Source: Amoebophrya sp. A120 (taxonomy: Eukaryota; Protista; Dinoflagellata). From it: a DNA stretch of 64,000 nt. The notes beneath the pieces were generated by a model. The model was not told where the DNA came from. It was given only the letters and a program-made list of their open reading frames with translations, and made no database searches. A program made the translations under genes and the position numbers. Below are positions 24,261 to 37,142 of this stretch, in pieces. The stretch covers positions 331,091 through 395,090 of the forward strand of contig CAJINV010000003.1 in NCBI GenBank assembly GCA_905178155.1, in the 5' to 3' direction. Each line of letters starts with the position of its first letter. The first letter of the stretch is position 1.

Positions 24261-27037
24261 ATGATTCGACAGAACATGTTGACTACGCAAGATCCCGCGC
24301 TGCTGCCGTCACCGCGGGCTAGGAGTTCTTGGCTCGTTGTTTTTTTCTTCGCTTCTGCGTGTTTTCATCTGCTTTCCCGCCCGGCGGTCGCACGCAAGCG
24401 GCGACAGGAGGTGGAGAAAATAAACGTGGCGCGATCGAACTGGGTCACCAAGAGCAGCAGCCCTACAGCGCACAGCCGCGAACTGTCAGACCCGTTGAGG
24501 GAGGGCATCACGTTGACCAAGGATGTTTTCTACGGCCGGGCGATCATCCAGGTGCCCCGGAGCAAGGGCTTCCTGGGCGTGCAGAACCTGAACCAAACCG
24601 CGCACGGGACGCTACGAAAGCAGCTGCTGGAGGAATTCGCGTATGACAAGTACAACATCACGTCGGAGAACGCGAGACACGTGTTGCAGTCCTCGATCTC
24701 CCTGATCGCGGAGAACCGAGACCCGAATTCCCGTTTTCGCAAGTATTTGGACCTTTTGCAGACCGAGAACATGCTGGTTTTTACGCTCAACGACACCCAG
24801 CGCAAAATGCTCCAGGGCACAACGCAAGAGAAAACCCCCGAGGAGTTGTCGTCACTGGTGGAACTGGTCCACAGCGCCGCCGGGAACTTCACGCTGGAAC
24901 CGCAGGCGGGTTCGGACGCCAGCGAGGTGCTAGGAAAACCAGTGACGTGGCGGGAGGCACAGTGGGCGGTGTCGGCCATACTCACGCGGGCGCTTACCAT
25001 CTGGCCGCCAACCGAAGACCGACCCAGTGACCACGGGGAAGACCCCGCCACTGGGGACTCGGTATCATCTTATTTGTAGTTGTTGTAAGGGCCGCTGGAG
25101 GCGCTGGTGGAACGTTGTGAGAAAGATGAAACTCAATCTTTTTCTTAGGCGTATATGCAAGCAGCATGGGTAAACTACATCTCCCTACATCAACGCGGCC
25201 CCTTCCTCTGGCACTACTAGTGCTGCGCAAATGAGGAAACTACGGCAACATGCTCAGGATGTAAAAAGCAAACTAGAACTACGTTATATCAGATCAAAAT
25301 GTCCCTTGTGCCCATTCCGGAGCTGCTGTACGCCAATTACCATCCGGACGGGGGCACGGCCATCACTTTCCAGGAGGAGCGCATCGTGATTGACGGTCAG
25401 GTATCCTCTGCAAAAGTATCGTACTCGTAGTAATCGCATTTATGCATGACACATCTCTTTTTCAAGGTAAACCAGCATGAGAAATTCCATGTGTCATGCT
25501 GAGCAAATTTGTAATGCGATTACTACTAGTGCGATGCTTTTGCATTATTTCATATCAGGACGTGGATGTGGTGCTGCAGATCGCCCGGCGCGACATGGGC
25601 AAGGGCGAGGAGAACTTTTTGTACCCCGGACGCCTGTCGAATTCCGATCTGCTGCTGCGGTACAACCTGACGTTCAAGAAGAACCACGTCGGCATTGGCG
25701 ACAACTCCACCATATGCATTCGCAAAAGTATTATTGATCGTACTTCTAAGTGGTGCCTGCAATACAAATTTGCTCAGCACGACAAATAGAATTTGTAATG
25801 CTGTTTTAGCTTATGCTTAGGACGAAGCCGATTTGTCATGGAGAAGGAGATCTGCAATTAATACTTTTGCAATGCATACACCATCCCGGGGTCGCTGGCA
25901 ATGAGCGGGGACGACACGCGGAACATGCGTTCCAACAAAAACAAGCAGCGGCGGGAATTCGAAAAGTACAACTGCACGGCCGAGGACTTTGAGCTGCGGT
26001 TTTCGCCGAAGGGCTATCCGGACCGCAAGTTCTGCCGCTGTTGGCGCGTCAACCACTTCATGGAGAGTGGCTGGTATTCGCCGGCTTTAGTGAAAAAAGT
26101 GCACCTGCTATGGAGAGAAAAAAGTTTGTCACAGTCACTATCTTGGAGGTTTTGCATTACAAATTTTTTGAACATCACAACTTTTCCTTGTATTGCAGAA
26201 CCACTAAGGGAAATCCCGTATGAAGTTTGGCTGTGATGCATTTTTACGCATGCCAGGCATTTTTTGTATTGCAAAAATTGCCCATGAGTGATCGTGACGA
26301 ACTTTTTTCTTCTTATACCTGCTCGACAAGTGGCCCCCGCCCCCGGCCTACACGGACGAGGAAATGTGTATGGTGTTCATCTCAAATGTTACATTCTCAA
26401 GTGTTACATGAATTTGTCATGCAAGAACACCAAAAGTGAACGCGGGAAGATTGCGCGCTTTGCATTACAAATTTGGAACAGATTTAGTCCCTGTTTAGCC
26501 CTTCGATGATTTGTCATGCAAAACACCTTGATCGTGTGGCGGCTTATGGCATTTTTGCATGACAAATCATGTAACAGTTGAGAATGTAACGTTTGAGAAC
26601 GCCATAATGTGGTTGGCCCTCACCCAGGCTGACAACCAGCTCAATGCGCTTTTCAAGCAGGTATGTTGTTTTTGTGAGCTTCTGTTGAAAAGTAGTAGGA
26701 GTGACAAATTTACGTGTCATCATGTCGCGCGTACGTAGAGGTAGATGATGTCAAAGTTAAAGTTCTCTACTTGATCATTTTCATTCGCCTTCCTCCCCAT
26801 AAAACTACGAACTAGGGTAGTTTTCTTTCTAACAAAAACAAACAGCATTGCAAGTGGCGGCGCGCTCGACTCCGGAATGGTATTGACCGTGCTACTCTGG
26901 AAGCTTTCAAGGTTTCAGAGGATGTAATCGATCAGAAACTTTACAAGATGCGCATCGAAGAGACTAAGACCTTCAAGCACTGCGAAGAGCTTGCCAATCG
27001 GATTTCAAATGTAGAGTCCAAAAAAACTGAGCTGTGA
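24261..27037 (+). CDS. SET-domain (Rubisco LSMT/SETD3-like) protein with N-terminal hydrophobic segment and C-terminal KTEL
   Basis: WAVSAILTRA, LVPIPELLYANYHP, GEENFLYPGRLSNSDLLLRYNLTF; 4 introners plus GT-AG introns 25062-25292 and 26661-26845; ends ...VESKKTEL*. Confidence 0.7.
25402..25554. mobile_element. Introner, family A
   Basis: TATCCTCTGCAAAAGTATCGTACTCGTA...AGTGCGATGCTTTTGCATTATTTCATA; TSD TCAGG. Confidence 0.88.
25713..25878. mobile_element. Introner, family A variant
   Basis: TATGCATTCGCAAAAGTATTA...TAATACTTTTGCAATGCATA; TSD CACCA. Confidence 0.87.
26109..26317. mobile_element. Introner, family G
   Basis: TATGGAGAGAAAAAAGTTTGTCAC...GTGACGAACTTTTTTCTTCTTATA; TSD CCTGC. Confidence 0.87.
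26369..26606. mobile_element. Introner, family E
   Basis: TATGGTGTTCATCTCAAATGTTACATTCTCAA...TTGAGAATGTAACGTTTGAGAACGCCATA; TSD ATGTG. Confidence 0.9.
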
Positions 27038-27703
27038 CGGAGTCCTCAAATATTTTTAAGATGCAAACTTTCATGCCTGAAGATCCTGTCACTGCTGGCA
27101 CTGGCAGCCTTGTGAAAGACAAATGCTTAGCCGTCATTGAAGATCCTGTCACAAGCACGACCGCCTTTTGCTTTTTCGAGGCGCTGCGCGGCAACTACGA
27201 TCGCATTTTTTGAATTTCACGTCGCTGGTATGAGTATGAATATGACCAATATGAGTATTCATGTACCATCGCGGGGTACTAAGAGATCATCAAATGTCGA
27301 AATGTAAAGGATAAGGAAAAGGAAGTATATGATCTATGTATAGAAGATATGCCATTTGGATTTGGAAAATCCAAATCATGATGATCATCGATGTTGCTGA
27401 CGTCGCATGTCGTGATCTCTCTTTATTCGGCCGGAAGACCTCCAAACGCAGTCTTTTTTTGACAGAAAAAACTTCTACTAACTTCTCAGCTGATTTTTGC
27501 CTAGTATCAATCTAGTATTTTTCATCAGCATTGATTTGCCTAGCATCAATCTAGTATTGTAATTGTTCACTTTGTTCTTTCGTAGCAAAATTATTCGATA
27601 ATCGATTCAGCACGACTAAAATTTTTGTACAATTTTTCGAGTCACTGTCATCAACACAAAAAACAAGGGCGCCGAAAATATCAAAACTGCATCAAACTAC
27701 AGT

Positions 27704-30700
27704 ATGAGTGCCAAAATCATGCCGGTGGTGAAGCACCTCGCTTTGCTCGGGGTCGCCCATGCTGGTCAACAGCACCAAGACTTTATTTTTGACGCATTTC
27801 GCGACAAGGTTGACGCTTTCGTGGAACACGTAAAACAAAATCCGACCAACATTGCCGCTGCCGTGAAAGCGAGCACCGGGGACGAAACTAGTACCGCCGA
27901 AGGTTTCTTTCTTGAACAAGCGAGCGAAGATCAAGATGCTAGTACAACTACAGCACCCTCGAAGATGGTGCTCTGGGACCAAGGTGCGGTTCCCGACGAC
28001 GACGGATGGTATCCCTCCATCCGAAACCTCGTCATCGAGGATAAAGAAACCGGCCACAAACATTCCAACCTGATCTCTTCGATTCCGTGGCCTCGTGATC
28101 CATCTAGTACAACTTCTTCTACACCGCAAGAAACTACTACACAGCAGCTGGCCGTCCTGTCGCGCGAGATTGCGCGGTACCACGCAGTATCAAATGTAAA
28201 AATGTCTGGGTCTGGAAACTTGTGATGCTGGGTGGCGTCTCATGATGAGGCTACAAATGCTGGCTCAGCATGACAAGTTTCTGAGCTCCTAGGTGTTGCC
28301 TATTCTGCATGACAAACTGCGCTTCTGCATCACAGAAAAGCGGAGCTCTTGGGTGACGTGCATGACAGATTTAAGAGTCATGCCAGACAAGCATGACAGA
28401 CATGAATTCTTCCATACCCAGACATTTTTACACTTGATACGCAGTGTCGTACTTCGCCGCGCGCTGGCTCGAGGCGGCACTGCACGCCGGCGACGTGTAT
28501 GGATTGCAAAAATGCCTGGGTCTGGAAACTTGTAATGCTAAAAGTGAATGGGAGACGCACTGCAATACGCAGCTGTGCATGACAAATTAAATTTTTTGGC
28601 TCCCATGTCTTACGTATTCCACATGGCAAACTGCGTTTTTGCATGACAGGTAAGAGGGCCTCATCGTGCCTATGCAACGCAGATTCTCGAGTCATGCCAG
28701 ACAAGCATGACAAACTTGCATTCTTCCAGACCCAGACATTTTTGCATTTGATAACGTGGAAATGTTGAAGAGCCGTGGGATTCTCTCCCCCGAGTGGAAG
28801 GCCGGTGTCTACCTGCAGAGCGACGAATTCGCCTGCAAGAAGAAACTCGTTGATGCGTTGCTCCGCACCAGTACACTAACGATCTCCACCAGCGAAGATG
28901 AACAAGAAGATCAAGAGCAGAGCGAACGGGAAAAAATCGCAGGAGATGAAGTTCTCGTTGCTTTGGACGAGTACAAAACTTGCATGGGTCATGTCGAGGA
29001 GAAAAAACAGCTGGCGGCATCGGGAAAATGGGACTGCTCGGCGGGGGTGATCTTCGACCAAAAGCTGCTGAAGGACATTTTTGCCGTCCTGCGGTTTGAG
29101 AAAATCGACGAAGAATACGGACTGCTGGAGTGGATCAACCAGTTGGATCCAACAGAGTGGCTGCAAAGTATGATGACCTCTCTGCGACGCAACGACATGG
29201 TGTCGGATTTGCTCGCCGTGGGCATCGTCGACAACTACACGAAGGTCGTGGCAGGAGATGTTGAACCAGCTGCACAGGATGAAGATGTTGAGCAACTCGA
29301 AAATTCCGAGATGATTGACACGATGCTCGATACTCAGCCTCATGTTTTGACCGCTGATGCGGACGTGGAAGGGGCTGCGTTTGCCGAGCAGCTCCGGGCG
29401 GAATGGAAGGATTTCAGCCTGGAAAAGATTCTGAATGCCGATAAAGCGCGAACCTCGTCCGCCGCTTCCGCCATGTTCCACTACGCTCTCGTGCTGCACA
29501 GCATTGGGGAGCAATTGGGCGGTGCGAAGAGTCGCGGCCGAGGCCTCCTGCGCGATGTCGTTGACCATTTCACGAAGCTGCGGCCAGCGCTGAATCTGAT
29601 GGACACGCCAAGCGCCTTTGAGGCGGTAAAACTTTGGTCCGTGGAACCGGCCATGAAGACATGGGCGGAACATAACTTCGAGTGGGGTGCCAAGCCCGTC
29701 GAAGCAGAAGAAGCGGGAGGAGATGAAGGCACGGAACAAACTGAGGACTTCCGCGAGGGCATGGTATGAACAAGAATAGAATGTTTATCGTGGACTTGTA
29801 TTTATAAAAATGCTCATGCTTTTGTTCGTACTAACTATTTCTATTTCAATTTCTTCACCTGACAGAACAATTGGGTAGGTGGTAAGCAAATGTTTGTGGC
29901 AGGGGCAATATGTGTACGATGCGGTAGAAATGTGATCGACGCTCGTTCCGCTTGTATGTACACCACCTACACAAACTAAACGTAGGCGTAGCACACTTCA
30001 TCTACTGCTCTTTCCGAATCCGAAGATAATAATAAACACAAAACAGAGTTTGAACTTGACCCTGCGTCTGAACATCCTGGAGGCTACGTTGCAGGACCAA
30101 GTGAACGAGAACCACCTGAACGTGATCGCGGGACAGGACATGGTGGAAAGCCAGAACGTGAACTGGGCCGCGCTGGCGAGCTTCCAGCGCCTGTACGAGT
30201 CCTGGAACCTTGCGTTTGTCACTGGCAACTTCCGGGAAGCGCCGCTGTTTTGGTCGAAATTACTCACGCCGATCGTCGGCGGCGCCACCCCGGGGTCCTA
30301 CATGTTTCACCGCATCCTGGCCCTGTACATCCACTGGCACACCATCATGTGTCTGCGCCACGACGGGCGGACCAAATTGCGGGCGCTGGCGCAGCGGGAG
30401 TCTCCCTTGCGGGAAAAATTCGTGAAGAAGTACCAGGAAGTGGTCAAAAGCGGCCACGCGGCCCCGATCGACGACGCCGTGGTAGATCTGTTCGCGCCGG
30501 AAGGATACCGGCTGGGAAACGTCACCCGAACCTTGTTTGGGCGGCGAACGCAGGGTTACGCATTGGGAGACGGGGTGAAAGCCTTGGCGAGAAGGGCCAC
30601 GGGCGCGGAGGATCCGGTTCGTCAAGCGATCAAAGGAAAGCTGTACGAGATGATTGCGGATCATACTAGCACGACCACGACCAACAACAGCTCGACGTCC

Positions 30701-31054
30701 ACCTCCACGTCGTCCGCGGTTGTTCAGAGGGAAATCCCGGCTCTTGAACATGTTTCTGGATTTCCGGAGAGTCCGTTTCTGGAGGCCTTTCTGAAAATGC
30801 AAATGGTGCCGTGGAACCAGAACAAGGACGTTCTGGGGGCGTGGGGTGCGCTGAATGCCGCTTTCTCGCAGAAGGTGCGGGGCCTGATGACGGACAAGGG
30901 CGTTGATACCGAACACGGCGTTCCGGCGTGGCACCGGCACCGCGTGGTGGCCCAGCGCCTCATCGCCGCGATTGGACGGGCTCGACAGGCGCGCAAAGGC
31001 TTGGTCGGAAGATTTCTGCCAAATAAACGTCAACGTGGTGCCACGCACTCGTGA
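27704..31054 (+). CDS. Large hypothetical protein, possibly secreted (2 introners, canonical intron 29764-30046)
   Basis: ORFs 27704, 28756 and 30050 join in frame via micro-exon VSYFAARWLEAALHAGD; signal-peptide-like N-terminus. Confidence 0.65.
28188..28439. mobile_element. Introner, family B
   Basis: TATCAAATGTAAAAATGTCTGGGTCTGGAA...TTCCATACCCAGACATTTTTACACTTGATA; TSD CGCAG; near-identical inverted copy at 41982-42233. Confidence 0.93.
28498..28753. mobile_element. Introner, family B
   Basis: TATGGATTGCAAAAATGCCTGGGTCTGGAA...TTCCAGACCCAGACATTTTTGCATTTGATA; TSD ACGTG. Confidence 0.92.
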
Positions 31055-32699
31055 AACTGCAGCAGCTTGTTCACACTAGAACTAGTGAGAAAGCTGCATA
31101 TGTTGTAGGGTGATATTATCTTGACCTTGTTCACGACACTATAGGTATGACTATGTATGATCAGCAGATTTTTTGGGATCGCAAAATCTATGAAGATGAG
31201 CTCTAATCTAAGTACTACTTCATGGCAATGACTCGTGGGCTTCTTGCTTCCGTAGTGTGCTCGTGGGTTCGTCTTTTCTTCGGAAGCACAAGCGCCGGAA
31301 GCGGAGCCGGCACACGCAGATCAATTTCAATACTTAAAGATGATTCTCGATCAGGATTGTGGTCACACAGGAATTCTGCATTATGATTTTGATTATTTGA
31401 ATATCTTGACAAACTGCATCTCAGGAACAATCCAAGACACGACAGATGAAGAGTTTTTTTTTTACTTATTCATGTGGTACGCTTTTATTCATTTCGAAAG
31501 GAAATCTGATAAACATAAATCGGATGCATGTGTTATTTTTGCACTTATTGTGATGAGGTTTAGAAATGTTGATTTCCGTTTTTGAAAGTACCGTCAAATT
31601 AGAAGTACAAGTTTTGGACTTTTGGGTGCTTTCAGTGACTGCGCCACTTATTTCGTGAAAGACAAAGAGTGGGGGGCCGCCCGCTTGGAGCGGGTGTCCT
31701 CGGGAAGCGCCTGCGCATACTTACACGCCCAGGAACGCACGACGGCAGGGTAGGATACGGCACTGCTGTGTCGTCCTGCGCCCCCCCCCGTTTATACAGG
31801 CACCAAGACAGGAGATTCTGGGGCAGAAAAAGGGATCTTGATTTGGCAGCAGCCATACTGTAATACCATAAACCTAGAGTAGTAAAGACTGACAAAGAGC
31901 GCTCAACAACTAGCATATGAGAATTGCCGTCGTGTATAATTTTTTATTAGTGTTGTACGATTTGAATTTTTTATGTCGTGCTCGTGTATGATTTTCTTTT
32001 TCTTGATTAGTGTATAATGACTATGGTTTAGTCCAGGCTTCATGTCGGGAAATCAGTGCCATACCAAAGATCGCATCTTACATAGACCTATGAATGTTGT
32101 ATATCTATATTGCTCGCGGAAAGAGGCAGCAGCATTCGCTAGAGTGCAGGATGCACCACGATGAACGCGGCACAAGGCTTGTAGCCCGCCGCTGCCATTG
32201 AAAGATCGCCGTAAAAAAATCAATCAGCACGACGCGAGTAGTGATGAGGACGCGTTGATGCTGCCATCAGTTCAAAAAAATTGAGGTGTGCAGATGGATT
32301 CACCTATGCAATTTCATGCTTGATGATCATCCTGTCACTGGCACTGGCACCGGTGGAAGCCAAGTGTTTTCTCGGGTTCTGTTCAAAAGTGTTTACGTTT
32401 GAAGTCGTTGTTTCATTCTTGTGTGTTGCTCTTCTTGTTTCTCAAGGATCAGAGGAAGTTCCAATTCCAAAATTACTGAACAAGAAGGATCCTGGTCAGA
32501 TTTTCTTTTTCGTTGAACTTGAAAAAGATCTTTGTTTCTTCACTCTCAGACCCGGGCTCCTCATATCACTTTACTTGACGGCTTTTCTTTTCGTCGGCTT
32601 CACTTCTTACTTCTTTTTCTTGCAAAAGAAAAGACGAACATAATATTAATAAACTCAGACGTGCAATTGGAATAGGAATAGCATACCTCTGTAGAAGAA

Positions 32700-33950
32700 C
32701 GCGAGCAGGGGCGGGCGGCCCGCCTCTTCAAGATTGCGGGGCAGCTCAGCGCAGCGATCTGCGCGCAATAGACCGGGCGATAGTTATCCAGAAGCAAGAT
32801 GGTGGCGTGCGTTGTAGTTGGTTCGTTTGCGTCTGGTGCTGCGGCTGTTATGGCCTTGGAGGTGGCTTGCGGTTTCGCCGCGCTATTGACCAGGGAGGGC
32901 GATGACCTTGCGCATGGGCGTCCGCTTTATCTCGAACCCACGACGCGAGTCCGTATCAAGATCTGCTTCATGAGGATGCGCGCCTCGTGTTCGAAGAGCC
33001 CACCACGGGGACCTGGGCCATTGCGACGATGGCAGGGCGGGAGGGTAGGCGCGCCGGCTGCGGGTATGTGGACGACGTCGGTCGCGCGCCGGCGGGTTTT
33101 GCCCGTCGGGCCCGCCTCCAGCAAAGGGGCCCGCGCGCCGGCCGCGCCCCCGGCGCAAGGGCCCCCCGGCGCATTGATCTGCCGCCGGGGCTGGTTTTGC
33201 CCTTTTGCGCCCGGCGCCTTTGAGGCGGCTGCTGTGGCGGCACTGGGTCCCTCACTTTTTTTGTGTGAGGTAACAGAGTGCGGGGCGAGTTTGTGTGGCA
33301 TCGGCGTGCGCCGGCGATTATTGCGACTTAGACGCAAAAAACCGCGACGCCGCGCCGTTTGTTGCGTTTGTCCCCGCCCTGTTCTATTCCTTGGCCCGCC
33401 GGCGGCCCCTCCCCGCGCGCCGCCCTCCCGGGCAGCCTTCTCCGGCGCCCCATTTCGGCCGCGCCCCTGGCTCTGCGTGCATTTGTTCGATGCGACCTTG
33501 CCCGGCCCCAGGCGGCGCTAGGAAGTCGTGGGCGGCGGCCAGCCGCTGCCACCAGCACCACGCGCCGGCCCGCCCGCCTCCGCGCGCTCCCACGCACTTC
33601 AATTTAATCCGTGGAGGCGCAGTAGATGCGCAATGGCGTGCGGTCTTTGACTTTCTCCGCGCGGGCGAGCTCCTTGGCAGGGCCGGCCGCCGTGGCTGCC
33701 TGTGCCTGTCCCAGACATTGGATGGCATGCCCTTGCCGTTTCCGTGCGCAGGGGCTGGCGTTGATTACTTTGTTTATGTTCAACTTGAACGTCTCGCCCC
33801 GTCCGCAGCGAGTGCGAGAGCGACCGACGGGCGAGCCGCGACATAGCGTAATCTTGTAGAAGTGTTCTTTGGTCGTGGTCGCGGAGGTGCTGGCCGTTAT
33901 GGGTATTGTGGGCGTTCGTTTCGTGCGGCTGGCGCGCCCTCCGTCCTGCT
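32700..33950 (+). mobile_element. Possible degenerate retroelement (DIRS-like) remnant
   Basis: Very GC-rich island with overlapping nonsense ORFs; RT-like GYVDDV near 33063 and tyrosine-recombinase-like FDFLRAGELL near 33646. Short motifs only. Confidence 0.3.
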
Positions 33951-34206
33951 TTTGTTGGTGACAGAGAGAGTGAGAGAACAGGAGAGCGAGAGACCGCCAA
34001 AGCAGGCGACGTTGCCAGTGTGGAAAATCAGAAGACGTGGGGGGACAACAGCTGCAAGACTGACGCGGAGTGTGCTTTCATTCTGCTATCCAGTGAGTCC
34101 TTGACCGGGACAAGGATACAGCCCTCAAGCAGCAAGAAGGGTTGGTTCTTCGCCACGCCATACAACACGGACAACAACTTCCGCGACAAAAGAACAGCGT
34201 TGGGCC

Positions 34207-36156
34207 ATGTCGCTCTCATCTTCTCCGTCCCGGTTTGCGTTGTGGGCATGGCTCTGGATCGCCGTCACCATGTGCAGCTCGGCGGGCGCTGTATTTTTGT
34301 TGATTTCCGAAGTTCCACCGTTTCTTCGTGCGGCCTGGCGCCTTTGGTGCCAGTTTTTCGTGCAGCTCGCCCCGTTCATCAGCGAACTTCGAGTCGAATA
34401 TTACCGCCAGCAAGAATCGGGCACCTCCACCTCCGCAGAAAAGACAGATACGAGTGACCGTGGGCCGCGATCAGGAGGTTCAGAAGACGTTGATGTGCAT
34501 GTCAGCGAAAGCGAAAGTACAACTCGGGAGGAAGAGGATGCGCACGTGCCACGACAACTTTCAAAAGAAGACCAAGATGGTTGTCGTTTTTTCGACGAAC
34601 GAGAACTCACTGTGTTGTCGAAGTGGGTCCGCTCGCTTCCCTGGATCGCCCTCAGTGGGTGTTTTCTGGGCGGCCACTTCGCTTTCTGGGTTTGGTCACT
34701 CGAGCACACGACACTGCTGCACTCCCTCATGTGCGTGACGAGCTACCCCCTGTTTCTGCACTCCGGTAAGTGGGTGCTATTTTTCTGCGGACTTGCACTG
34801 TTTTCGCTGCAGCATCGTCGAGAAGGAAGGCAACATGCCGGACCTCCGCAAGGATCGGCCGTCGACGAGCGCGAGGCACGCCAGACACAGGAGACTTCCG
34901 GACCAAGCCTGCAGCAAAAGAACCCGGACAGTCGTGAAGTCGCCGGGGAGGGCGAGGATCTCGAAAACAGCCCGCACAGTAGAACCAAAGCTACCACTGT
35001 CACAACCCCATGTGTTGAAGGGGCAGCAACAGCGGACGAGCCGGTAACACCAGCGTCTCCTTCCCGCCTTGAGGTTGCATCGAATCGACCGTCCAATGCT
35101 TGTTCCACCTCACTCTTAGACGATAGGTCGCTAGAAGTGGGAGATCATGCGCGCCAGCTGCTGCGAGAGAGCAAAGCCCCCGCGTGGCAAGAGTCCGTGG
35201 GTATCTTTGTGAGCCTTCTTGGCGTAGCGGTTTTACTTCTTGGTCCCGAAGTGGTCAGGAGTAGGGACGACGACGACAAGAACTCTAATACGGACGACAA
35301 ACAGCAACAGCCTTCTCTCGTCGGCGACCTCGTCGCGTGCGTGAGCGCGATCTGCATGTGCTTCTACCTGTTGATCGGGAAAGTTTTGCGGAGTTGGTGT
35401 CCCCTCTTCCTGTACACCACCCCGGTGGTCCTCGTTTCCGCGGTCGTCTGCACTTTGCTCAGCGTCGCCACCGAAGGCACGGGCTTCAACCTACCCGCGC
35501 CGAGTCGAAACGTCTTCGGCTTTTTCCACCGTGGGGACTATCTGGGAGCCGCGATTTTTCTGGGCGCCGGCGCGGGCGTTGGCGGACACACGGTGCTGAA
35601 TTTTGTCTTGAAGTGGATGTCGCCGATGGTGGTGTCCACCGCCTTGCTACTGGAACCGGTCCTCGGCACGGCGATCGGAATGCTCCTGGACGTGACGGAG
35701 CGGGAGGTTGCCAAATGGGCCGTCTCGACGCTGCTCGGCGTGCCGATCTTACTCGCGGGACTGGTCCTACTGGTGCGGTCCGAGCAGGAACAGGGTGGAA
35801 GAAGCACCGCGGCCGAAGACGAGCTGCAAAAGGATGACTCTGATCTTGACAGAAGGATATTGATTAAAAGGAACGACTTCAGAAATACAACCTCAAAGGT
35901 TTGTTCAACACAGGTCCTCGTGGATGAAGAAGGAGAATTGGAAATTGAAAAGGTCAGATGTCCAAAGGACGTGCAGGTGAGCGTAAAGTTGTTTGCTGGC
36001 GACACAGCATGCTCATTCGCAGATGATGTTGTGGTCTCTGAGGCTGGGCTTCCTTTCTCCGGTGAGATCTCCGGCCGAGTATACGGAAAACTAATCGGTC
36101 CGCGGCAGGATCGCATTTATCTAGTGCACGCTGAGTTCTACTTTCAAGCTGTGTGA
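34207..36156 (+). CDS. EamA/DMT-superfamily transporter
   Basis: About 10 TM segments with DMT motifs PPFLRAAWR, GGHFAFWVWSLEHTT, GDLVACVSA, GHTVLNFVLK and LLEPVLG. Confidence 0.85.
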   Translation: MSLSSSPSRFALWAWLWIAVTMCSSAGAVFLLISEVPPFLRAAWRLWCQFFVQLAPFISELRVEYYRQQESGTSTSAEKTDTSDRGPRSGGSEDVDVHVSESESTTREEEDAHVPRQLSKEDQDGCRFFDERELTVLSKWVRSLPWIALSGCFLGGHFAFWVWSLEHTTLLHSLMCVTSYPLFLHSGKWVLFFCGLALFSLQHRREGRQHAGPPQGSAVDEREARQTQETSGPSLQQKNPDSREVAGEGEDLENSPHSRTKATTVTTPCVEGAATADEPVTPASPSRLEVASNRPSNACSTSLLDDRSLEVGDHARQLLRESKAPAWQESVGIFVSLLGVAVLLLGPEVVRSRDDDDKNSNTDDKQQQPSLVGDLVACVSAICMCFYLLIGKVLRSWCPLFLYTTPVVLVSAVVCTLLSVATEGTGFNLPAPSRNVFGFFHRGDYLGAAIFLGAGAGVGGHTVLNFVLKWMSPMVVSTALLLEPVLGTAIGMLLDVTEREVAKWAVSTLLGVPILLAGLVLLVRSEQEQGGRSTAAEDELQKDDSDLDRRILIKRNDFRNTTSKVCSTQVLVDEEGELEIEKVRCPKDVQVSVKLFAGDTACSFADDVVVSEAGLPFSGEISGRVYGKLIGPRQDRIYLVHAEFYFQAV

Positions 36157-37142
36157 TCCGTGTGCATATTACTGTATAGACCACACCGAGCAGATGAACG
36201 TGAACTTGAATCTTTCGGTTATGATGCGCTGGTTTGATATGGCGATTCCAGTAAGACTGTCTGTGTGTGTGAAGCTTTCATTGCAGGATGCTCGGTGGCG
36301 TTTCTTTAATCAACATGAAGTACTTGTACTGCAAAAATCGGTGCGCGCGCCGAATGGACGCACGACCACATATAACAGAGGAGCGAATGAACTTGAACAG
36401 CATAAGGCTTCGGTTTCTGAATCTGAACTTCTGGTGTTTTTGTCTCGAATCGGTTGCGGCACTGAGAATACGAATATTAGATTCTTTATCTTTACAAGTC
36501 AAGGCATGATGAAGATGCAGCCGCTACTGCTGAAGCTCATCGGTAATCATACTCCTCATCGATCATCACAAACAAAAACGCTGAAACCAATCAAAACCGA
36601 ACCAGGGTGAGCCTCTCTCCTGAGGCGGAGGATTTTGCACGACCCCGCTCCTGCAAAGTTGATTTGCGCACAAAAATCCTTTTTTGTGACAAGAAAATCT
36701 GGCTACGATTGATGCAAGAATAGCAGACTGCTTGTTTCTAGGGGCGTTTGCGTGCGTTACTACTGGAACGTCAGTAATTACACGGCCTGGCTTATCACAT
36801 TCACTTCTTGAATTCCTCTTGTAGGGCGGGCTAGTTGTGCACCACAATCGGGTTGCTTATTGTATTCGTTTGCGTATTGAGCTCGAGGAACAACGAACAT
36901 TCCAATTTCTTCAACAAGTTGAATCTGTAATTGCTATAACTGAAGTTTCACGCGACTGCATTTACAGTTATTGGCTCTTCTGGACGCCTCTCGTCGAACT
37001 TCAATTAGAACTTTCTTGTTTCTTGTTGTGTAGTGTTGGCAGTGCCACCAGTTCGACTTGTTACGGCGAATTTACATACTTACACGGAGAAGTAGACCTT
37101 TTGCTTTTTTGAAAACTAAAGTTCTAGATCGCGCAAAAAAAA

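Noticed and set aside
27490-27560. Short direct repeat TTTGCCTAG(T/C)ATCAATCTAGTATT, and GCATGCTAATGCT twice near 6332-6368
   Set aside because: Two-copy local duplications with no evidence of function.
28756-31054. Peptidase M13-like assignment from YKTCM
   Set aside because: It rests on a single short motif, and no HExxH catalytic motif was seen.
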